NCBI GenBank assembly: GCA_050633305.1 | Contig: JBOEGF010000027.1 | Span: 127,403-191,402 of the forward strand | Length of the DNA: 64,000 bases | Direction of reading: 5' to 3' | DNA from: Nannocystales bacterium | Lineage (GTDB): Bacteria; Myxococcota_A; Polyangia; Nannocystales; Nannocystaceae | In this document: positions 29,722 to 37,202 of the stretch, piece by piece | Position numbering within the stretch: position 1 is the first letter of the stretch | Layout of the letters: each line of letters opens with the position of its first letter | Program-made: the position numbers and the translations under genes | The notes under the pieces: generated by a model | What the model was told of the DNA's origin: nothing | The model's database searches: none | Seen by the model: only the letters and a program-made list of their open reading frames with translations

Positions 29722-30480
29722 TCAGAACGAGAGCGGGTCATGGTCGCGCCGCCGCAACCAGGCCACCATGAGGAAGAAGAGCCCGGGGGCGCCTGGAGGG
29801 AACCAACTCCGTACCCCCTTGGAGGCCATTGCCAGAGCCGAGGATTCCCCACCGTGTACGGCTGATTCCCAGCCGCGCGGAAGCGGTGGCCGGCCCGCGC
29901 GAACAACCCATTGCGTGGTCCCCCCGAAAAAGCTCGCGTGATTGACCGTCCGTCGCTGACGGATCCGTGCGGCGTGGAGATGAGGAACCCGCCGAACCAT
30001 GGTTCGGTCCATCTTCGAGGAGTCCCTTCGCCGTCGCTTCGTACTCGCCATCTGTTGGCTTCACGCCGCGCGTACCTCGCTCGTTCCTTCTGGATGCGGT
30101 GGATGAGCCGCTCGACCGAGGAGCCACATCCCGACCCCGGGACAACATCGGTGAACGGGCGCACGTCGCAGTGCATGAGCACAGGCGAGATACGCGGCGG
30201 CGACGGGTCGGAGACGACCACCTCGACGCACGATGCCGACCCTCCCTCGGAGAGTTCAACGGGATCGGAGACCGGCGGCGAGGACCCCGCTCCCGCTGCG
30301 TGCCCCCCCTGCGCCAGTTGTTTCTCGTGGTGTGGCATCGAACACTCCGACAACACCTTCGGGGCAGTAGTCCAGCGGGCGCCCAGAGTGTCCGGGGGTG
30401 CCGTCGATCTTGAAGCGGAGCTTCTTGTTGTGGATCGAGGCGATCGGTTCGAACTCGGTGTTGTGGGTCAACTGAGCGCC
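29722..30480. pseudogene. Gene debris (orphan MYXO-CTERM-like tail and other fragments)
   Basis: Minus strand PGAPGLFFLMVAWLRRR near 29745-29800; coding-like fragment FEPIASIHNKKLRFKIDG near 30330-30460; plus-strand Ser/Thr/Gly linker; no coherent ORF. Confidence 0.35.
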
Positions 30481-30563
30481 CCACGAGTTCAGGCACGGCG
30501 GGAAGAACCACGGGAAGGCGAGGTTCTCTACCCGAGGGCGCTCGCTTCGGACCCCCCGGATGG

Positions 30564-31022
30564 CTATCCCAAGCGCCCTTCGACGAACTCTTTGTTGCCT
30601 CGCAGAAGCGTCTGGAAGCCCGACTGCATCCGGCGCCTCATCATCGGCTTGAGGAGGCGCAGCAGAAGCCCCCGCGGCGTAAACGACATCCGCATCTCCA
30701 GCCGCGTCCACTCATCCGCGTCGGGCACGAACAAGAAGTCGGCGCGAGCGTGGGCGATCGGAAGACTCGTCCGCTTGAACTCGACCCCGATCTTCTCCAT
30801 CGGGCGCCACTCCACGATCCTCTCTTCGATGTCGTTCTTCCCATCTGCGAGTTCGCACCGCCGCACCGCTCCCAGGCCACGAGGCGTCGAGGTCGTGAGG
30901 ATCGTCGTTCGTAGGACTCCTTCGTGAAACTTGTAGATTCCGCCAAAGTCGGCCCAGCTTTCCCACACAGTCTTCAGCGGGGCCTTGACCGTTTCGAAGA
31001 CAACAATGTCTGGGGTCTTCAT
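30564..31022 (-). CDS. SRPBCC/polyketide cyclase-like protein
   Basis: APLKTVWE..ADFG, GLGAVRRC, ERIVEW, C-terminal helix. Confidence 0.85.
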   Translation of the reverse strand: MKTPDIVVFETVKAPLKTVWESWADFGGIYKFHEGVLRTTILTTSTPRGLGAVRRCELADGKNDIEERIVEWRPMEKIGVEFKRTSLPIAHARADFLFVPDADEWTRLEMRMSFTPRGLLLRLLKPMMRRRMQSGFQTLLRGNKEFVEGRLG

Positions 31023-31417
31023 TGGGCACCTGGGAAGATCGTGAAAAGCGCCACAGCGTAGAGTCCGAACTGAATCACGAGGTACAGCGTCTCCAGCGCA
31101 ACGAAGGCCCCTGCGTTGGGGACGTTCTGCTTGGCGACCAGAGCCAGCACATGGGACGTCCAGAAGAAGAGTCCCATCAGTCCGACGAATAGAAGGGCCC
31201 GCATCGCGCCCGCGCTGCCGGCGTCGAACAGCGGATAGATCAGGGCCAGGGCGAAGCCCTGAATCACGATGGTCGCCAGACCCACAGGGATGTTGGGCTC
31301 ACCGTCGAAGTAGCCAAAGCCCTGGTACTTGTCTTTGAACAGCCCCACATGCCACCCCAAAGCCAGCGGAAAGGCGATCAGAATGTAGCTCACCGTGGAC
31401 AGCAACACGTTTAGCAC
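31019..31417 (-). CDS. Small 4-TM membrane protein (DUF1761-like)
   Basis: WH..LF..Y motif, four hydrophobic segments, ATGA coupling to the SRPBCC gene. Confidence 0.7.
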   Translation of the reverse strand: MLNVLLSTVSYILIAFPLALGWHVGLFKDKYQGFGYFDGEPNIPVGLATIVIQGFALALIYPLFDAGSAGAMRALLFVGLMGLFFWTSHVLALVAKQNVPNAGAFVALETLYLVIQFGLYAVALFTIFPGAQ

Positions 31418-31765
31418 AGCGCCCCTCGGCAGGCGCTGCGGTCCTCACCGCGAGGATCCGGACGATGCGCAACGGGTTGGTCATCCTCGGCCGCGCAGGG
31501 GACCTTCCCCCCGGCAAACTCGTGAAACTCTACGCGCAACGGGACGGTCCGGGGAAGCTCGACCCAGAGGAAGGGAGTCGTCATGACCCGAACGACGAAC
31601 ATGCGCCCCGAGACCCGACAACCAACCCCGACTTTCCGACCGATCGACCTTGAAGCATGACGTGCCAGGTCCGCCGCGCCCTGCGAGAGGGATTGTCGAG
31701 ATCGGGCACCTGAATGGCAGGTTGGGCCAATGCCGGCCGTCGTGACCCGGTGTCAGGGTGATGGG

Positions 31766-32617
31766 GTGACGTCTTCCACAGAACACATCAGACTCGGCCT
31801 ATCGATCGCCGCCCTGTTCTGCGTATTCGGATGCGCATCCGCGGACCCCAGTGCGCCCGAAGAGGCATGCGACGAACGGGCCGCGGCCAACGCGGAAGAT
31901 GCGCTCGCTCTTTACCTTGAAGCGTGGGACGAAGAGGACCCCGCCCACCGGGCATGTCTGATCCAGCACAGCGTGGCCTCGGACGCTGTCCTGGTTGCAA
32001 CGGGCGCTCCGAACGACGGTAGCAGGGCGGCGGTGCAGCAAGACCTCGACGAGCGCATTGAGGCCTTGCTCGACCGCACAGGACACCGAGACGCTGTGCG
32101 AGCGGTCGAGTTTCGGCATCACGAGGCACGGCTGGCGTGGGTCTCGGAGGACGCGTCGGGGGCGGAGTTGGAGCGCGGCGAAGACTGGATCGAGTTCGAC
32201 GAGGACGGATTCCTATCGAGGATTCATATCCTCGCCGGGACGGGAGTCAACGCACCTCCGACCGCCCCTTTCCTCGCATGGCAACAAGCCTGGAACACGC
32301 GTGACGACACCTCGCGGGCGCGTGCACTCAACGAAGCCGTCACTGAAGATGTCCGCTTCTCGGACGCCGTGACCGACACTCGAGGACGAGACGCGTTGGA
32401 CATCGAGATCGCGCGTCAGCAGGAGCGCCTCGGCGGAGAACTACGCCTCGACGACCGCGTCGAGGTATTCGCGAGCGTGGAGGGCGAGCCCACGCTCGTT
32501 CGTGTCTCCGCCGAGCTCGCCTTTCCTACCGGAGGCACGGTCCGTGTCGTCGACTATGTTCGCCTTCGCGACGGACACATCGAACGGCTGTCCGGATTCC
32601 CGAGGCGGCCGCACTGA
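31766..32617 (+). CDS. Lipoprotein with two SnoaL/NTF2-like domains
   Basis: VFGC lipobox; YLEAWDEED..R and WQQAWNTRD..R halves. Confidence 0.75.
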   Translation: MTSSTEHIRLGLSIAALFCVFGCASADPSAPEEACDERAAANAEDALALYLEAWDEEDPAHRACLIQHSVASDAVLVATGAPNDGSRAAVQQDLDERIEALLDRTGHRDAVRAVEFRHHEARLAWVSEDASGAELERGEDWIEFDEDGFLSRIHILAGTGVNAPPTAPFLAWQQAWNTRDDTSRARALNEAVTEDVRFSDAVTDTRGRDALDIEIARQQERLGGELRLDDRVEVFASVEGEPTLVRVSAELAFPTGGTVRVVDYVRLRDGHIERLSGFPRRPH

Positions 32618-32792
32618 CGACCGCATTCAGGAGCTCGACGCCGCTCTGTGGGCAAGTGGGCGAGGGTGCATTGGTCACGGGGCCGTAGCCCCGTCTTTGT
32701 ATCCCGCGGCTCGGTGAGCGATCGCCGGGCTTCCCCCTCCTTGGGAAGCCCTCCATTGGACAGCCCACCGTCCGTGGCGCAGATTGGCCCGG

Positions 32793-33593
32793 GTGGGGAT
32801 GCTTGAGTTCGTCATCGTCGTCGTAGGAGCAGTCATCTCGGCCGTTCTCTTCGTGGCAGGAGGGGTTCTTGCATCGAAGAGCCCCCGCGAACCGGACGCC
32901 CGTGCCAAGCTCCCGGTGGCTTGGCTGCTCGTCGGCGTCGCTGCGGCTGCGGTGGCCCCGGTCGTTGGCTGGGCCATGGCGCCGGGCTGGGTTGCACGGG
33001 TTGCTTCGGCCGTCCCGGGCGAAGTGGTGCTCACGGGCGCCGCAGACCCGGGGGCGGCAGAAGCGTACGCCGTTTTTGCCATCACCATCCTGGCCGGCGT
33101 GCCGGGCCTAGCGTTCGCAGGGTGGCTCGCCGCGTCGAGCCGAAGGTCACCCAGGACTGCCCTCGTCTTCGCCGCCTCGACCAGCCTATGCTGTGCTGTC
33201 GCGGTGATGCTCGCCTGGGAGTTGCACGATGCGATGCTCGCCTCGGTGGTCGACATCAGCTCCCTCGGGACTCTCCCAGACGGCGTTGTGCAGTTCACGC
33301 TCCGCGACGCGGTCCGCAGCAGTGCGAGTCTGAGCCTGGGCCTCGGCGTATGCGGGGCCGCGATCGGAGCCATGACCGTCACGGCCGCCTCCTCGGCGAT
33401 GGGCCTCCGCGTTGCGCTGTGGACAACGGCCGGCCTCCCCTTTGCTGCCGCCCTCATCGCCGCGGTCTCGACCCCCCCGGATCCCAGATCGCAGCTGACG
33501 TTCATGGTGTTCATCGTCGCGGCTTGGCTCCCGGGACTCGGCCTCGGCACCGCGGTTGGGCGTGCGATCTCAAGGCACACGGTTCCCGGCTGA
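32793..33593 (+). CDS. Divergent TatC-like membrane protein
   Basis: STPPDPRSQ matches TatC LTPPDxxSQ; TM2, TM3 and TM4 segments are collinear with TatC. Confidence 0.6.
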   Translation: MGMLEFVIVVVGAVISAVLFVAGGVLASKSPREPDARAKLPVAWLLVGVAAAAVAPVVGWAMAPGWVARVASAVPGEVVLTGAADPGAAEAYAVFAITILAGVPGLAFAGWLAASSRRSPRTALVFAASTSLCCAVAVMLAWELHDAMLASVVDISSLGTLPDGVVQFTLRDAVRSSASLSLGLGVCGAAIGAMTVTAASSAMGLRVALWTTAGLPFAAALIAAVSTPPDPRSQLTFMVFIVAAWLPGLGLGTAVGRAISRHTVPG

Positions 33594-33666
33594 CTCTGCG
33601 AACGATCGTCCCCAGCAGCGGTCCGGCTCACGGGGTGACACCGTGGGTCGGCGCTTCGAAAGCTGT

Positions 33667-34311
33667 TCAGGAGTCCTGCGAGTCGAGGTCGTGCTGGAGG
33701 CGCTGCTCGTACGCATCGTGCTCGACCGCGGCTGGATGTTCGGACAGAAACTCATCCCAACGCGCCTCGAGTTCAGCGGGACTCGGACGTCCCGCCTCCT
33801 GTTCCAAGGTGCGAAGGAACGCATCCCGCTCATCGGCCGAGACACCCGGGGGAAGTCGCAGCTCCACGACCTTTGCGACCCGGAGGCACTCTTTGACGCA
33901 TTCGGCGAATTCCTCTGGGGAGTGGAAGTCGCGAGCCTCAAGATGCAGCTCTCGACCGCCACGGGTCATCATCTGCAGCGTTTGCCCCCCGTCGATGAGA
34001 CGGGCTCCTCCAATGGGGGCCACATTCACGCCGACGAGCGTGGCTTCGTCGGCGAAGACTTCGACCCGACCACGCCTACGACCGAAGCGACCGACGCGCC
34101 ACCGTTTCCACTGACTCACGCCCGAGGCGACACCGACTACGATGAGGAGCCCGAACATGCGGTGGCCAGTGGCGCCGATGAGGACGACACCCATCAGAGC
34201 CATCACGGCACCGAACAACAACGAGACCGGAAACGGCCGTTGCTGCTGGAACCCAAAACAAGCGACCGGTTCCTCGGAAGGTCCACGATACGGGTGAGGC
34301 GACTTCTGCAT
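33667..34311 (-). CDS. Hypothetical membrane protein (2 TM)
   Basis: N-terminal PYR motif, two TMs, soluble C-terminus. Confidence 0.55.
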   Translation of the reverse strand: MQKSPHPYRGPSEEPVACFGFQQQRPFPVSLLFGAVMALMGVVLIGATGHRMFGLLIVVGVASGVSQWKRWRVGRFGRRRGRVEVFADEATLVGVNVAPIGGARLIDGGQTLQMMTRGGRELHLEARDFHSPEEFAECVKECLRVAKVVELRLPPGVSADERDAFLRTLEQEAGRPSPAELEARWDEFLSEHPAAVEHDAYEQRLQHDLDSQDS

Positions 34312-34546
34312 TCGGCGATACGGACCGCTCGTATCGTTCCGTCAAACACTACCCGTGTCTACCGGGCCCCGTTTCGGTCACATCGCGATCGGTCGGCGTA
34401 GCGTCGAACAATCCTGGAGCCAACACGGTCGTGGAGACGATCGATGTCCCCTGCGACGGGCTGCAAACGTTCGTCGTCAACGAAACGGGAAAAAGTCGCG
34501 CTACGGATCCAAGGTCTGCGCCTCACTCTCCTTGGACGACCTAGAC

Positions 34547-35401
34547 ATGCGCACAAGATCCATCATTTTCGGAGTTGCCGCCTGCATCTCGAGCCTCGTC
34601 GTAGCGTGCAGCGCGCAGGAACAAACCACGGAGTCTCGCGGGCAAACCTCGCTGGGGAAAGCGGACACGTTGGCAGGCTCGTGTGCTGGGACGCAGGCGC
34701 AAGCGCCCATGTGCGGAGGGGCCGGCAGTGGCCAGTGCTGGTGCGACGAGTTGTGTGCCGAGTATAGAGATTGCTGCGACGACGCGGCCCCCGAGTGTGG
34801 GGTGGACGAGTGTGCCGACGACCAGGACTGCGAGGTCGGCCGCTCGTGCGCTGAGGTGGATGGCGTGCTCGACTGCATCCTCATGCAAAGCTGCGCGGCC
34901 GGAGAGGGGACCATTGCGTGCCCCGCCGGATGGCGTCTGGCGCCCAATGGCACCGGCCAAGCCTTTTGCCTGCGCGAGAACGTGGACCCCGACCAGGCCG
35001 TGTCCGAGTGTGCGGCGATGGAGCTTCCCCCGCACGCCCAGCGCTACTGCGACGACGCGAGCGAGGGCTACTTCGGCTACGTCTGGGACGCATGCCCCGA
35101 GCCAACCGAGGCCGCAGTCGGTTCGCAAGGCGAGCAGCTGTGTGTCATGACCCCCGCCCTGCTCCCGCATGGCTCGCACCAGTACTGCCAGTACGTCGAA
35201 GACGGCTACTTCGGGTTCTACTGGACGCTGACGGACGACCCGGACTACGTGTGCCCCGAGGGCATGCGGCAGTCCGACAATGGAGCCGGCACCGGGTTCT
35301 GCACGATCGGTACCGAGACGATGCCCGGGCCGGTGTTGGCGGCATGCGAAGAGGACGGCGCACGCGTGGGGTTTGCATGGGGAGGTGGGTGCTCTGCGTG
35401 A
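34547..35401 (+). CDS. Cys-rich lipoprotein with somatomedin-B-like domain and internal repeats
   Basis: VVAC lipobox, GKAD, CWCDELCAEYRDCCDD. Confidence 0.8.
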   Translation: MRTRSIIFGVAACISSLVVACSAQEQTTESRGQTSLGKADTLAGSCAGTQAQAPMCGGAGSGQCWCDELCAEYRDCCDDAAPECGVDECADDQDCEVGRSCAEVDGVLDCILMQSCAAGEGTIACPAGWRLAPNGTGQAFCLRENVDPDQAVSECAAMELPPHAQRYCDDASEGYFGYVWDACPEPTEAAVGSQGEQLCVMTPALLPHGSHQYCQYVEDGYFGFYWTLTDDPDYVCPEGMRQSDNGAGTGFCTIGTETMPGPVLAACEEDGARVGFAWGGGCSA

Positions 35402-35440
35402 CTGCGAAGCACCTACCGAAGTGATGAGTGGAGCCTTCCG

Positions 35441-36496
35441 ATGAGAGTCATCGGCATTGCGGCGCTTGCCGGGCTGGCACTCAGCGGCCGGTGTCCTACG
35501 CAGGCGGAACAAAAACGCCCAGATCCCCCGAAGCTCGAGACGCCCACTGACGTCCCAGCTCCGCGGCTGCTCCAGGGGCAGGTTCGGCTGACGGGGCACG
35601 CCGAAGCGATCGACCGTGCAGAGATGGACCCGGTTTGTGGCACCGAGGCGTGCGGCAATGCGACGCGCGACACGTGCTTGGCCCGGCACCGGGGCTCCGA
35701 CATCGAGGTGTACGCCGTCGAACCCTGCGATGGGCCAGCACTTGGGGGCGCAAGCTGCGAAGACCTCGGATACCGAGGTGGAGCACTCACGTGTTCTGCC
35801 GACTGCGATTGGGGCTTGTCCGGCTGTGAGCTGTGCGCCCCCGGTGCGTGCACCATTCAGCCAACCGTTGGCGGGTTCGCCGAGGTTCAGGTGTTTTCCG
35901 TGACCCACGAGGAGCAGCGGATCCGCCTGAGCTGGGTCACACGGGAGCACCGCGGCGGGTTGATGCAGAGCTGCGCGTACAGTGCATTCGCGGATGAGCC
36001 CGTCGTGCCGAACGCCGAGACGTGTTCGGTCATCGGATGGCCGCTGTATCCCCACGACGTGGATGTGGACGGCGATGGCCAGTCGGACAAGACGCCAAGA
36101 TCTTGGGGGCGAGCGCAGTGGGGAGCAACGGCCGATGAAGAATGCCGCACCGTCGATATCGGTGCTGCCCAGCTACGCATCCTTCCGCGACAGCCAGCAC
36201 TCCGTGCGTCCGCCCCAACGCCTTTGCTCGGTATGTGGTTCGTCGACGACCAGCCCCACGGCGAGCCGGTTCGCATCGCCAACGACCCGCTGGCTTCCGG
36301 CTGCATCGAAGGCGTGCTCGCCAATCGCTCGTTGGTTGTCGTCTGGCACAGCCCCGCGCACGGATTGGTCACACGCCGACTCGCGCTCCCCGAACTGGCT
36401 CACGAGCAGACACCGGGGGAAGACCGTTCGGGACGGCCGAGCTGCGAGGAAGCTCCGAGCGTCTCGACCCACGCAGAGCAAGGTCGATGCCACTAG
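35441..36496 (+). CDS. Secreted Cys-rich hypothetical protein
   Basis: Signal-like start; CDG..LGGASCEDLGY.GG.LTC..DC module. Confidence 0.6.
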   Translation: MRVIGIAALAGLALSGRCPTQAEQKRPDPPKLETPTDVPAPRLLQGQVRLTGHAEAIDRAEMDPVCGTEACGNATRDTCLARHRGSDIEVYAVEPCDGPALGGASCEDLGYRGGALTCSADCDWGLSGCELCAPGACTIQPTVGGFAEVQVFSVTHEEQRIRLSWVTREHRGGLMQSCAYSAFADEPVVPNAETCSVIGWPLYPHDVDVDGDGQSDKTPRSWGRAQWGATADEECRTVDIGAAQLRILPRQPALRASAPTPLLGMWFVDDQPHGEPVRIANDPLASGCIEGVLANRSLVVVWHSPAHGLVTRRLALPELAHEQTPGEDRSGRPSCEEAPSVSTHAEQGRCH

Positions 36497-37167
36497 GTCG
36501 ACCCAAACGAAATCTCGATCCGGCTCTGCAGCGTCCGGAGGAGGCTGCGGCACTCATGCGCTGTCATCGAGGATTTCTCGGTCATCGACGAGACAGCATG
36601 CTCGAGGATGCGTTGACGCGCCGCGCCGATGCGGCGGGACAGGGTGACCCGGTGCACGTTGTAGAACCCAGTCAGCGCCTCGAGCGTGACGCCCTGTCGG
36701 TAGTGCATGTGAAGCAGGAGGCGGTCGCCCTCGGACAGCGCTCGGACGGCACCTCGGAACGCCTGACGGACATCGTCGAGGTAGATGTCCTTGATGGCGT
36801 CTTGCTCGGCCGTTGCGGCCGCAGCCCACCATGCGACCAGAGCGTCCTCCGGGGCTGTCGGCGACTCCGTCTTGCGCCGGTCGTAGTTGGCCAACCGCGC
36901 GCCGACGACCCGAAGCCACCCCCCCAGCGGCCCGCGTCCGTCGTAGGAGGCGAGTCGGCGGTGCCCCTGCGGGTCCGGGTCCAAGATGTGGGTCCAGATT
37001 CGGGCGACGCGCTCGGCAAGCTCGAGGTCGACCCAGCGGATTCGAGCGGCGACGTCCGCGATGAGGCGGTGCAGCGCGTCCTTGGCTGCCGAATCGCCTC
37101 GCAGGCAGGCCTTCGCAAGTCGAAGGTCTGCCTGCTCTCGGTCGGCCTCCGGCTGCTCGTCGCTCAC
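36493..37167 (-). CDS. Myxococcales-type sigma-70/ECF-like factor (TIGR03001-like)
   Basis: DLRLAKAC..GD..A, LASYDGRGPLGGWLRV, LSEGDRLLL..HY..G.TLE.L...Y.VHR.T.SR. Confidence 0.85.
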   Translation of the reverse strand: MSDEQPEADREQADLRLAKACLRGDSAAKDALHRLIADVAARIRWVDLELAERVARIWTHILDPDPQGHRRLASYDGRGPLGGWLRVVGARLANYDRRKTESPTAPEDALVAWWAAAATAEQDAIKDIYLDDVRQAFRGAVRALSEGDRLLLHMHYRQGVTLEALTGFYNVHRVTLSRRIGAARQRILEHAVSSMTEKSSMTAHECRSLLRTLQSRIEISFGST

Positions 37168-37202
37168 CAACTGCAGTATGTTGGATCGGCTCCTCGATGA
37201 CC

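Noticed and set aside
29911..30927. 338-aa plus-strand ORF as a real gene
   Set aside because: The second half is antisense to the SRPBCC gene and the first half looks like mixed debris without a credible start.
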